Origin: Chromera velia
Taxonomy: Eukaryota
DNA: 54,984 bases
Direction: 5' to 3'
NCBI GenBank assembly: GCA_018398765.1
Contig: JAHBMJ010000182.1
Span: forward strand, 1 to 54,984
Part shown: positions 38,247 to 51,255 of the stretch, in pieces
Layout of the letters: each line of letters begins with the position of its first letter
Position numbering within the stretch: the stretch's first letter is position 1
The notes under the pieces: model-generated
Seen by the model: the letters and a program-made list of their open reading frames with translations, nothing else
Database searches by the model: none
Told to the model about the DNA's origin: nothing
Translations under genes and position numbers: made by a program

Positions 38247-39193
38247 AGGTCATCATGTAACTTGAAGTTTCATTACTGCCATTGCAATACTGCACAAGCT
38301 ACTGCAAATGCAGTTCGTTAACTAGAGGCTAGGTCAGAGGTTAGGCGGCAGTCAAGGCGCTTCGCCACCATCATGGGTCCACACCGTCGTAAATAGAAGC
38401 GAAGGCCTCGATCTCAGTACGTCAGAAAGCAGCCATGATGCAGCAACCACGATTCATGCAGCGAAGGGCACTCGCATGGCCGGAACGCTGGAGTCTGCTT
38501 GGCAGACTGCCGGATTGACGAGGATGGGATGAAGCATCGATTCTTTCATGCGCATGCATCATGTATTTTTGCATCTTTGTGCAACGTGGGAGCAGCAGCG
38601 GTTCACGCCTGACTGGCTTAGCGTTAAACGTCTATACTCTAAGACTCCCGCGCCTGACGGTTACTTCCTTGCACACTCCCTCTGGGGGTAGATCGAGTCT
38701 CTTTTTTCCTGCTGGTTGCGTCTTTTGTGGAAAACGCGTCTTGCATGAACGGACACACCCACACGCGCGAATGCGTGGAGACGTCGAAAGCACACGACTA
38801 GACAGCTCAAGTTCACGCATCGTGCTCTCTGCCTGCCAGCCGCTCCCACGCACACGCGCACTATCATGTACCTATCATGCACCTACACACGTAGACACGC
38901 ACCGAAGAATGAAGTCAGCGCACACACAAATGCAATTAGAGACCCTGCCCCACCCCCCACGCGCCGCAGCCAACAGACAAAGGAATGAACTAAGCCAGAA
39001 AGAGCCCCGCCAAGTTTAGTCAGATGTGCTGGCAGGGACCCTCATAACATGCACGAATGCACCTGTACTGTACCTTCACTACACTGTCACAAAGAACAGC
39101 GACCGCACTTCCGTCTGTTCGCACTCCACGGCTTCCTTCAGGCCTTCAGGCCCTCCATTTATCAACGCAAAGAAACAAAGAGAAAGGAACTAA

Positions 39194-40535
39194 TTACTGG
39201 GGGAAGAAGCCCTTAAGGTCCAGGGCGGGGGCGCCTGGAAGCTTGTCGAGATCCCCGGAGGCACCGGAAAGGTCAACGTCAGCGACGGGGAGACTGCCGA
39301 AGTCTGTCGGCAGACCGAAGTCAGAGCCAACGCCGAGGTCAAGGCTGTCAACACCGGGGATGGCAGCGCCAGACTCGGCACCCGAGAGTCCGGGCATTCC
39401 CATGTCAGGCATTCCCATGTCTCCCAGCTTGAATCCGTCCAGACCGGGGAACTTGAAACCGTCAAGCTTCAGGAAGTCACCGCCGAACATGCCGCCTCCG
39501 AGGAGTCCGCCGCTAGAAGACTTGACTGCACACACACGTTACAAGTCAAGTCGCGCAATGAAACGACGAGACACAGGGTTAATAAAAAAAAACCGAGGGA
39601 AGAGACCAGAATGCTGTCTAGATTGACTCTTGCTTCCCTCGAGAGAAAAGCCGTAGAATGTAGGTATTGTCTGAGTACCGTCTTTCTTCTGGTTGAGGCC
39701 ATCTGAGGGGGGTATCCGACAGTCAGACAGGAAGGTGCTTCGAGTGACCACACAGACATGCAGGACTAGAGTTAGAGAGGTAGAGACAGCTGGATACTGA
39801 CCCTTGCAGTCCCCGACGACCTCAACGAACACGGTGATGGTGGCAGGGGGAGACTCAGAGCTCTTGTCCCTTGCTGCGTACTCCCAGGAGACCTGGAAGG
39901 ACTCCTTTGTATCAGCTGGAGGGGTGTAGACGAAGAAGCCAGTCTGCTCATTCCACTCCAGCACGCCTGTGTCGGGTCTGGAGAGGAGAGGGTAGGTAAG
40001 GTGGTCCTTGGTTGTGTCGGGGTCGTGGGCCTCTGCTCTGCCCTGGAGGGCGGGCACGTTCCTGCAGAGAGAGAGAGAGAAGGGATGAGGGAAGTGATCG
40101 TACAGAAATTGGTTGTTCACGCCAAACATTGAAGAGAGACACCGCTTGCGGGTCTGTCTGCCTGCGTGCATGCCTGTGCGATTACAAAGCAGAGGAGGTC
40201 TGCTGATTCCGTAAAAGAAAGACTGACTTGGCCGCACAGTCGACGTTGAGGGTGAAGGTCAGATCCTTAGCGATCGGTCCGTCGTCTGCAGATGGAGGAC
40301 ACAGGACAGAGGAGGGGAGAGACAGAACAAGTCAGAAAGGTGGTTCAGCAGCGGAAAAGGAAAAAGAATGGGTTTGCAGAGAGGCTTGCTGCCACGGTAT
40401 GAAAAGAATACTTGCAGACTGACCTTTGCCGATCACCTTGATGGTCACTCTGGCGGTGGCCTTGCAGATCACTCCGTGAACCTCCTTCTGCAAATGCACA
40501 CATACACACACACACACACACGCACACACACACAC

Positions 40536-40566
<31 letters not shown>

Positions 40567-43500
40567 AGAGCAACAGCACATAGAGCATATGGGTGCAAGA
40601 ACAGATGTGAAGGCTCAGAGAGAGTTCAGGCTGAATACATCAACACATGGATGGATCAACAGTCTGAAGGAGGAGGAAGAAGACATTCGCTTTTCCACTC
40701 AGATACCCCGACAGCATTCCCCCCCCCCCTAACACCCACGTACCCACCTTTGCAGTGTAGAAGAAGAAGTCAATGCCGACGAAATTCTCTTTCGGGGTGT
40801 ACTCGAAGTGTCCGTCAGGAGACTTGATGATCACAGTGCCTGCACACACGCACACTCACATGCAGCCGTTGGAGCGAGGACCAATCAATGCCTGCCGGCT
40901 TGCTTATCTGGACCTTCATGCAGTCGTTCATCCTTTCTTACGTCAGCTTATCCTTCTGCCTATCTGCGGATGGCTTCGAGTGAGGCAGGTCTGCCTTCTG
41001 CCTCTGCCCATTCTAGGTTGAGTTGACTGACCGCCCTCAGCAGTGGTGGGGCTGGTGGCAGAGGGGATGACCTTCCATCCGGGGGGATCGTTGATGAGGA
41101 CGTTGCCGTTCAGAGGGGTGTCCTCGTGGGTGGCGAAGAAGTCGTCAACCAGGTCGTGGGCAACCTCTGCATGGATGGATGCGTATGGTAGAACTCGATG
41201 AATCAACAGTGGAAAAAGAAGGAAAAAAATAATAAAAAAACAAAATTCAACTTGGGAGGGTCCTCACATGCAGATGACACAGCAACCTGAACATTCCCTG
41301 AGATAAACTGAAAAGTGGACAGACAGGAACGACCACCAATGGGAGTATCATGGTCATCTCTTGTCTGTCTCGTGCAATCCTTTCAGACTGACTTGCACAG
41401 ATTTCGTGGTCGCTCTTCTTGCGCTCCGTGAAGTTATTGTTGCTCTTGATGTTGATGATGATCGTCGGGTCGTAGTTCTGAATGTTTCCTCCGGAGTTGC
41501 TGATAGCTGCAGAGTCACTATCTCCTCCTGTAGCGTTAGAGATGGAGTCTCCAGTCTGCACGATTTCATTCAATGAGTGAGTGAGCACACTGCGGCAGTT
41601 GATTAGTTCAATGCATGTATGTAGGGAGAGGAAAATCCTTCCTGTTACCTTATGTATGGTTCTCTTGACTGAAAGCGAAAAGCCAACTAGGCAGAGAACA
41701 GGTCTAAGCAATCCAACAGAACAAGCAGCACTTCTCTCTCAGAGTCCGGAAAATGGAAAACGGAGTGTCCCTCTCTCCTCTCTCTCTCTGCGCGCGCAAG
41801 CGCGCCCCTTTCTCTCTCTCTCTCTCTGTGTACAGGGACGCTTAAGTGCGTATCGGAGAGGGATACGGAGTGCTTTGCAAGTCCAAAAAGCCTTTTCCTG
41901 AGACTACAAAAATATGGGTGTCCGGGGGAGAAGAACGGGTTAGTCAGACTGACGTAGGACTTAGAGTTGGAGGTCACGTTGTTGTTTGACTCAGAATTGG
42001 ACCCAGACTCGGAGACGGAACTGCATCCATCCATCATGGACAGGAGGACAGGATTTAAATCTCACATGCTCTCAGAGAATTGGACGGACATGCATTTTGA
42101 AATTGAAACACACATTTTCACACTCACTGTCAGACTCAAACGAAGGGTAAGACAGAAGTCCGAAAAATATTCGTATGGAACATATGGTTGAACGCATTCA
42201 GAGGCTCTGACACAAAAAGAAAGAAGGGCAGATCGAAAGCTCGCTCCCTTTTTCCACTAAGAGAGAACATCCGCATGTTCAGGCACTGACCCGCTCTCGT
42301 TCTCGGAGCTCTGGCCCTGCTCATTCGTTCCCGCATTGGTGTTCACGTCTGTGGTATCAACGTTGGTAGTTTGGTTCTGCAATCATCCAACAAAACGAAG
42401 GGATACGAAGAGATGAGTATGAGAAGCAAACTTGTCAGATGGTTGCAAATGGGGGAGCTTTTACGATGGGGGGAAAAAACGGGTCGGCAGAGAGAAAAAG
42501 GGCGGAGTCACTTTGCGCGACGAAAAGAAGCAAAAATCATGCAGAAAGAAAACCGAGGAGAAGGAATAGCCGCAAAAATTGACCCGACCCACCTGAGCTC
42601 CTTCAACAGATCCGGAGATGTCGGCGTCAGTCTCGACGACGTTGATGCTGTTCACAGAACCAAAGTTGGACTGCTCGGACGACGTGTTCGTGTTGATCAC
42701 GGTGGACTGCAGGCAGACAGGAGACGAGTCAGAGCGAGCACAGTGACGTGAATAATTTACAGCCGATTCTACGGATGAGTTTTCTTTGGGGAGGGTGAGA
42801 AGCGGCTTGACATCTTTTTTTTTCTTAAAGTTAAGACTTGTTTCTCTCCTTTCCACTCACTCTGTCGGAGGAGTCAGTGAGGTCCAAGGCGTTGTCGTTG
42901 ACACCAGTGACGTTGTTCTGACTTGAGGACCCGGTGGTCACGTCGGGGTTCAGTTCGATTTCGTTGGTGTCCTGCAGGCAAGGTGAGGCAAGAGACATTG
43001 AAAGGGAGTGGGTGAAAACAATGACAGTGATGACCTGGGGGAGAGCATTCTGCTGTGCAACTGGCAGGAGAAAGGCGCTAAGCAAAATGGTGGACCAGTA
43101 GAGACCAAGCGAAGAACATTTTTGTCGCTGTAGCTGGGCAGCTGACTGACTGACTGACTGACCTGCACGTCAACATCGGATCCGGACTGGGAGCCACTGG
43201 TGACGGTGGTGTCGAGGGTGGTCTTACTGGAGGCGTCGACCTCGTTGGTGTTAGTGCCGTTGACGGACCCGGAGACATCGTTGTCGTTGGAGCTGTCGTT
43301 GTCCAACTGCATGCAGAGAAATAAAACAGGAAGCAAAATACAGGGAGAGAAAAGAATGAACGCCAGGCACCTAACGAACAAAATCTCGAGCGTACGCACT
43401 CTTCCAAACAAGAAATGCGGGTCAACATGGGCATGCAAAAGGGAAGGGAAGTGTCTTTGAAACGAAACGAAACGACGTGCACCTCTGAGTCTACTGTCCT

Positions 43501-44460
43501 GAGGAAGGAAAAAAACTCCGGGAAGGCAATGAGACCGGGTTCTCGAACAAACACTTTCTCGTCTGACCGACAGACCGTGGCGTTGAGAGAAGACCCAGAA
43601 GAGGTCGAGGCAGTGTTGCTGCCCTCGATAGACCCAGTGTTGCTCTGGACGGCTGTGTTGTTGTTGTTGGCATTCACATTCTGCAGCAGACGAAAGGGGA
43701 AATGAGGAGAAGGGTGGGGTTCAGGAGCATTCCACATAAGAGGGCCAGAGCAAGGAAAACGAACAAACCAAAGCTTGCAGCGGCAGCGCGATCCTTTGAA
43801 AAAGATAAACATTTTTTCTGAATATGTGAGACGGAGACCGTTCTCGTTTCGCTGTTTCTCTTTTCTTGCTTGCCTCAGAGGTGTGTGCGTGTGTGCCCAA
43901 GTGTGTTCGCTCGCAAGTGAATCAATCAACTGACTGTATCGGAGTTGTCCTCCAGAGTGACGTTATTGGCATTCGATCCGTCGACATCGTTGGAGCTGTC
44001 GATGGTCGAGTTCACGTTGCCAACAACCCCGTTGGTGTTCTCGTCCTGCAGGACAGCGTCAATGTATGATGATTTGACTTCTGAATACGATCACTTTATC
44101 AAACACAGAGAGTGTGTGGAGAGCTCGCGAGAGATCTTTGTTGTCGCGAAGGATGCACAGGAGGAAGAGAAACGGGCCTTGTGACCGAGACCCATGGTTA
44201 TCCACGGTGAAATGAGAAGGATTGTGGATCTACGTGTGTAGGTGTCTGTCTGTCTCGACTGACGTAAACATCAACGTCACTTCCGGCGTTGGAGGTGCTG
44301 TTGATGCCAGCCTTGAAGTCGTTGTCACTGGAGGTGTCGACCTCGTTCTGGTTCACACCCACGGAGGTTGCGTTGTTGCTGTTGATGTTGGTGCTGTTGT
44401 TGCCCACCTGAAAGACGTGAGGACGGAAAATCGGGGTGGTACACTCACAGACAAAGTCGC

Positions 44461-44498
<38 letters not shown>

Positions 44499-46550
44499 TG
44501 CACGCACACACGGAGATACTCATTGATTCGGTCACTCACTTACTCACTCACACACACGCGCTTCGGAAAGGCACAGAAGCAGACTTTCAGGACCAGCTTT
44601 TGAGCATAGTGGGATGCACCAAAAAAGACAAGAACCAGTCAAAACAGGTGACGAGACCGAAGAGACAACGCAGCACTGACATCAGCATCCACAGTGCCGT
44701 CAGCAGTGGAGCCTCCCGTCCTGACGTCATTGGGACCGTTCTGGGCACTCACATCCGTAGTGACGGGACCGGTGTTGGAGTAGGCGTCGGAGTCACCTGC
44801 AGGCATGCATGCGTGTTCATGTACAGACACAGTGGGAGAACCGAGGGGGAAACCTGAATATGATACTCAGACAAACCGAAGCCAGAAAGTAAGCGGAAGA
44901 AATGGCAGGCAGGCACGAGACCAGGCTGGAGAGAAAGCTGACGTACCGGTGACAGAGGTCGAGTTGATGGGTCCAATGTTGTTCTCCAGGTCCTGCTCTC
45001 CCGTCCTTGTGGATACGGCACCGGTGGAGACGTCGTTCTCGTTGTTGCCCACCTGCACGTCTCCATCCATACATTCCCTCAGAGAGTTGCGTCGAACAGG
45101 TAGAAGGAAGGGAAAAGAAAAAAAGTGGAAACCCAAGAGGGGCACAGAGCGTCTCCTCGAGGAAAGACCGAGAAAGAAGAAGTTGCAGAAAGAGAATGTC
45201 CAGTATGAACAACTGAAGCACCGTGCAGGAAAAACGAAAGGGTTTTTTACAAACGGGCTTCCGGCTGACCGAGGGGTTGGAGGTGGATGAGGAAGAGGAG
45301 CTGGATCCATCGTCGCCTGTGGAGGACTGCAGAAGGAAGAAGAAGGGAAGAGCGAGGGGGTTGGAATATTCAAGCAAAGACTTCAAGAGAGACTGACAGG
45401 GCAGGGGAACAAGAAAACAAGTTTTTCAGTGAGGTCAAAGAGCAGAAACAGGGAACATGCGGGAAGAGCATGAGCAAGAAACGAAACATTTGACCTACAG
45501 AGGCGGAGTCATCCCCTCCAGCGAAGGCAGAGACAGAGACGGCAGGAGGTCCGGGCACCTTGAACTTGGCTCCACACTCAGCAACGACCTTCAAGTACTG
45601 GGGGTCTGCATCGATGACACAAAGAGGGGGGTGGGGTAGGCGTACAGGAGTTACGTCAACAGTTGCAAAAAGAAGAGCAACCGGAAACAAAAAGAAAGAA
45701 GCAGGCATTCCGCAGCCGCATACAAGCCGGCCCAGACACGAAGACAGCAGAAGGCTCCACGGAGTATGAAAGGGCAAACAGGCAACCTGACTGACCCTTG
45801 GGCTTGCCAACAAAGTCGACATCGAGGACGATGAGCCAGTTGTGGTCGAAGAGCTCGTAGTGGAAGACGGGGAGGAAGAAGGCAACGTGCTTGTCAAGTT
45901 TGTCGAGCTTGTAGAAGTAGTCGACAGGGTACGGCTGGTTGTCAGGCTTGTCGCGTTCGTTGTTCTGCTCGATCTGGAAGTAGACAGACTTCGCGAGCAT
46001 CTCCAGGGGCTGCAGTACAGTGCAAACAGGGCAGAGAAGAATGCATACGGGGAGATATGTAAAAGGGGATCCAATATGCATGCAACCATTACGCTTCGTC
46101 TAGGAAGACCAAAGGGCTCAAGACAGATAGATGGAGGCAGAGACTACCACTTGTCGGACAGAAAGAGACCCAAAAGAGTGAACAGAAGGAGAGCGAAACG
46201 AAAAACGCACTGACAGTGGTCTTCTCGGGGATGTACCACCAGTCCTTGTGCTCAGTCTTGTTCTCGGGCTGGTTCAAGGCGACGGCATAGGGAAGGATTT
46301 CGTGGACGGCGTTGAAGTCGGTGGGTCCGAACCTGAGGGGGGTGAGGTGGGTAGGGTGTGGAGAGAGAGAGAGTTTCATCTTCTGTCCTGCTTTCACAAA
46401 AACAGGTCACGGAAGAAGACAGAGCAAAAATGCGAGCAGGAGCATAAAAAAAGAGGGAGGCTGAAACGACTGCATTCTGAGAGAAAGTAAATTAGAGCAC
46501 TTCACACAAGAGAGTTTGACACACACACACACACACACACACATTTGACA

Positions 46551-46598
<48 letters not shown>

Positions 46599-48004
46599 CA
46601 GAGGGAGGAGAGAGAGACTCACCCAGACTCGAAGGTCACAGTGTGTCCGTAGAGGGAGGAGGACTTGTGTTGGAGGACTCTCTTCCAGGAGACGCTCTTC
46701 TTGAGGAAGTAGTAGGGGTTCTCCATGAACTGCATCGTCTTGTTGGCGACCTGCATGCACTCGTTTGGGCAGGAAGAAGGAAGGAAAGCAAGAATTTGAA
46801 CGAGAACGATCAAACGTCAAGTCAGTAGAGGGAGAAGGGGAAAGAAGAATGAAGAAAAGAGACTCCATGCAAAACGTCTTCAAAGACCCCCCATCGTCTT
46901 GCCTGGGCGACATAAGATCTGTTGCGACAGCATAAGCAAAGACGAGCACAAATTGACTGACTGACTAACTGACTGACTGACTGACTGACGTCAGGGAAGG
47001 CGGGGTCGTTGACCAGGGCAGAGGGGATCGCCTCGACTCCCAGAAGAAGCTTCGGGTGGGGATCCGCTGCCTTGATCTGGTGAGACCCGTAGTAGTCTGT
47101 CCAGTCGCTCTTCTGCACACACACATGCACACACAGGGGGGAGGGGGAGGGGAGCAATAGGTACGGCGGTGTAGACAGGATGCTATAACAGGAGGGTCAA
47201 CCAGGGGTAGGCGTACACAAGAAAACACAACAGGCAACGATAATCGTCTTCGCAAAGCAAACAAGGTCAGTCACTTCGCCACCAAAATCGGCTACAGCAA
47301 TACAAAGAGTGGAAAGCCCCCCGACTCACGTAGCTGCCGCTCTTGTCATAGTAAGCAGAGGGGAAGAAGCCCGGCTGCTGAGCGAAGTCGCACCCCAAGT
47401 AGTCGTTAGGGAAGGGGATGTGATCCCACGACTTGTAGTGTGTTGCTCCGTACAGCTTCGGGATATACGGAAACTTTCCCTTTGAGGGGAGATCGACGCA
47501 GGTTCCGTTATCCCGATCCCAGCCGAAGGGACCAGTCTGGAGCGCACCGTTAGCGAGAAAGTCGTTGCCGAAGGCAGGAGAGGTGAAATCGTACTCGGGG
47601 GGGTCGCCGTTTTCATTGAGAACAGCGTTCCACTCTTGCTCCGCGCTGCTGTCACACACATCAGCAAAAACAGCGGCGTCAGATCCAGTTGCCTCCAGAC
47701 AGTTGGAGCTGGCCTTGTTCACGATGTTTACAGTGCCATTCTCGGCGGGGACAAAGAGCCATTCGAAGGCCTCTTGAGGACCGTCGGCAATTTGCCCGAG
47801 GCCTGTGGGTTGGGGAGCATCAGCCGCGGGATCTGCGAAGAGCCCCAAAGTTGGGTCTGCCTCCGAAGCAAGTACGAAGGAGCAAGAAGTTCCATTTACA
47901 GTGGCAAGCTCAAAGAAGGCCTCTGCCTGCTCTTGGGTGGGGAAGTCGGAAGCCGACGCGAGGACCGCGCCGAGCCCGAACAACAGGTTCCGACTTCGCA
48001 TCAT
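39194..48004 (-). CDS. Secreted multi-domain protein: signal peptide, ricin-B-like lectin, unknown domain, Asn/Ser/Thr/Asp-rich stalk, two bacterial Ig/cadherin-like (Big_9-type) repeats, Gly/Asp/Leu/Pro-rich tail; ~24 exons
   Basis: N-terminus MMRSRNLLFGLGAVLASA is signal-like. IVNKASSNCLEA...CDSSAEQEW resembles a ricin QxW repeat. First exons 48004-47330, 47112-46990, 46750-46623, 46332-46215, 46009-45796 are phase-consistent. Many small N/S/T-rich exons lie at ~45330-41390. DDFFATHEDTPLNGNVLIND...DGHFEYTPKENFVGIDFFFYT and DPD...GFFVYTP...ATITVFV are Ig-like repeats. Stop at 39194. Later exon boundaries are only approximately checked. Confidence 0.7.
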
Positions 48005-48250
48005 GTTGCACGATTCACGTGTTGTTCAAGATCACCAAATGGTTGTTTCCCTTGCGACACAACTCCCGTGAGTCGAGAATTCTGTCGTTCCCGAAGAAAG
48101 TTTGTCTTGTCTGCTGTTAGTGACCTTCCTCGGAAGTCTGGAAAGCTGCATAAGAAGGAGAGGCTGAATGCAATCGATCAAAGATCGAGTTCGATCGATC
48201 TAGATATGCATGCATGCAGCTAGCCGATTATGATTAATTGATTATATATA

Positions 48251-48339
48251 TGCCGTGGTCCCCGGCCATGGTATATCTGTTAAGGCCCTTATAGCCCACG
48301 TGCCGTGGCCCCCGGCCATGGTATCTGTTAAGGCCCTTA
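48251..48339. repeat. ~50-bp-period tandem duplication upstream of the RT fragment
   Basis: tgccgtgg(t/c)ccccggccatggtat(at)ctgttaaggccctta occurs at 48251 and 48301. Confidence 0.8.
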
Positions 48340-48532
48340 GCCGCACCTATGGAAAAAAAAAGTCGAATTACCAATAAATCGGGTTACATTTGCCTTTCGG
48401 GACCCGCTTTCCAGGGCTGTACAGCGCGTGGCGAACATGCATGCACCTTTTGTCTAACCTTGATATATCGGTACATATATTAATATGCGGTATGCATGAA
48501 AAAACCCTCAATCATCATATGCAAAAACACAC

Positions 48533-49573
48533 ATGCATAGAGAGGAATTGTACGTAGATTCGATCATCTGTATAGTTTTTAAGGAAGGCGATAAAACATA
48601 CTGCGATGCCTTTCTGTTGTCACTTAGAAAGTTCGTCGCGAAGGTGAAGGCAGAATCTCGACACGAATATATTATTCTGCCGAAGTTCCGTCCTTTCTGT
48701 AAGAAGGAGGCTGGGGGGGCATGTGGAGAGGCATGGGTGTCACGCAAACAATATATGAAGCCTGCTGCCTTCTTGTCCTCTCACAACAGATTCGCAGATG
48801 CCATCTCATACCCTATTGATGTCCTACCGGAAATCGTTAACCTTGATTTTCGTACTAATCTGATTCATGTTCATGGACGACTGATTCGACAGAAGGAAGG
48901 CTTCCCTCAGGGGAGCCTATGCTCTCCTGGGGGGGCGAGATTCTTTGCAGCCTGGCAAGAGTTCTCGGTTGCTGATTCTTTCTCTGTTTTATCTTGGGAA
49001 GACAGGTCATGGTTTGGTGCATGATATATGGATGACCGCTCTCTTTTTGTTCATTTTCCTGGCTGTGCTTCTTCTGATGTAATGAGTTTTCAGGACGGGA
49101 GCCCTCCTGCTTTACTTTTACAGAAAGATCTTTACAGTCCTGAATGTATCTTAGAAAGGCAGGGAGGCTCCACGGTGCTGGGGCTTTGGATTTTCTTTCT
49201 CCAACAGACACTCTCTGTTTTGCTTTTTGCAGCTACAAACCCTAATCGGGATACTCTCGTCGAATGGTATCATAACCTGTGTGTTTTTTCCTTTTTTTGC
49301 CTCCATGATTTCGATAATGCTCTCTCATTCCCTCTCTTCCCTACCCTAAAGAGAGTTAGATTCATCCATGGCTTTTCTTGCATTTCTCGGTTGCAGGGAA
49401 TGATTAGACAGATGAGTTCGAATGTATTACGTTCCTTGCTTTCCTGTAATGCCCCTGCTCGTGTTCTTATTGATGAACTGACTTTTCTTTTTCTTGAATG
49501 CTTTCTCCTTCATTGGCCTTTTCAAGAAAGGTTTTTTCTGATGTCATTGCTCGTTCGAGGAGTCCTTCGTTGA
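48533..49573 (+). pseudogene. 5'-truncated, decayed Penelope-like reverse transcriptase fragment
   Basis: ORFs 48533-49024 and 49028-49573 share a frame and are split by TGA at 49022-49024 immediately before YMDD. Motif EGFPQGSLCSPGGARF. Colinear with the RT at 51916-52938 (ERQ.G..VLGL, NPNR, RF.HG). RT motif A is missing. Confidence 0.8.
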
Positions 49574-50553
49574 TCGCATTATGGAATGAAAGGACTTTCT
49601 TTCTTTTTACTATTCTTGGTTGATTTTGTTACATTCCCTCCTTTGATGATTAATCTTCTTATGTTCTTTCCTGCTTATACAATTGAGTGCACTATTCACC
49701 TGCTGGAAGCGATAGACAAAAGACAGCAGCAAAGGGGAAAGGGGGGTCGCGCGCGTCGGTTCTCATGCCTTGTCCTGTACTTCTCGATTGATCAGATGTT
49801 ACATTCTTGGAGTCAGTCCGTCTGATATTGCATGTACAGTTCCGGTGTGTCAGCACCATTGTATATACAATCAGACCCGTGACTTCTCATGAATGATGCG
49901 CGTGTAGAAGGTGCATACATTAATTATTCACCTTTTTTTTTCGGCGTCCCTACCCGGATCGCAAAAAAGTGGAATTTTTTGCATGCACTCTTTTTGTTCG
50001 ATTATTTGACTTACCCAGAAGTGAGAGCATGCCGTCATATTGACCAATCTTGGAGATGGTGATTTCGGTAGAGTCCACCGTCGGTCTCTTAGCAAACAGT
50101 ACGTGCATAGCAGGACTGTCTCGGCTGTTGGAAAAGAACTAATTATACTAGAACATTCTTATACTGTCTAAGTGAAGCTGTTCTGAATTGTTCCATTGTT
50201 TGACTATGCTAGACTATGCTACCAAGCTCAGTGGTAAGTTAAGACATGCTGCCTTACAGAGTCAGGAGTAAGCCATACCACGACTGGGTACGTTTGACAA
50301 AGAGGAAAAACGGTTAATTTGATCTGCAGGAATCTCTTTTTGTCCGTCTTCTTTCTCTCTACTTAGCCCCTCTTATCGTTCTTTAGCACCTAGTTTCTCG
50401 ACTTCCTTCTACCTCCACTTGAGGATTTGGAATACAAAATACTGTCTATATATAGTGTGTGTCGTTGTAGATGCTGTAGTATTCGCTTTGAAATGTTGTG
50501 AAGAGGCTCACCGCGTATGGGTCCAGCGCTTGGTGAGTTTAAGAGGGAGCGAT

Positions 50554-51255
50554 ATGAGCAGAAGCCGTTTGGGCCTGCAGATAAAGCTAGATAAGCAAGT
50601 GTGTGAACAGAAGCCGTTTGGGCATGTGGATGAATGTTTAGGCATGTGGGTGTACAAGCATGGAAAGAAAGTGTGTGCAGTAACAGAATCCGCTTAGGCC
50701 TGCAGGTGGATGAATCAAGAGAGACAGAGAGAGCGAACGTGTTTATGAGTATGTATAAGTTTGTGAACAGAAACTGTTTGGGCGTGTGGGTAAGACAAGG
50801 AGAACGGGTATGTGAACAGAAGCGACTTGGGCCCATAGATGAATGAAGAGAGATCAATTATGTATCATTGAAGAAAAGCTACTTGGGCCACTGGTTAGGC
50901 CTGTGGATGAGTGGGGAGAGATCAACTGTGTGAACAGAAATATACAGAAGCCGCTTGGGCCTGTGGATGGGTGAAGAGAGACAGGGAGAACAAGTGTGTG
51001 AACAGAAGCCATTTGGGCATGTGGGTGAATGAAAAGAGAAAAGGAGATACAAGAAGAGCGAGTGTGTGAACAGAAGCCGTTTGGGCGTGTGGGTGAATGA
51101 AGGGAGAAAATTTTAAGGAGATACAAGGAGAGCGAGTGTATGAACAGAAGCTACTTGAGCATGCGGGCGAAGAAAGAAAGACAAGAAGAATAAGTATGTG
51201 AACAGAAGCTAAGAACAGGAGCCGTTTGGGCCCGTGAATGAATGAAAAGAGATTA
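50554..51255. repeat. Degenerate repeat array, ~10-12 units with a conserved core gtgtgtgaacagaagccgtttgggc(a/c/g)tgtgg(a/g)tgaatgaa and variable purine-rich linkers
   Basis: Core copies begin near 50554, 50599, 50671, 50759, 50808, 50927, 50994, 51062, 51136 and 51193. Spacing is about 45-120 bp. Confidence 0.85.

Noticed and set aside
49022..49024. In-frame TGA as selenocysteine or programmed readthrough
   Set aside because: It aligns to Arg in the sister copy (RRYMDD), the element is 5'-truncated, and the other copy also has TAG stops, so decay is the simpler explanation.
50554..51255. CRISPR array next to a reverse transcriptase
   Set aside because: Repeats are degenerate, linkers vary widely in length and resemble each other, there are no cas genes, and the context is eukaryotic.
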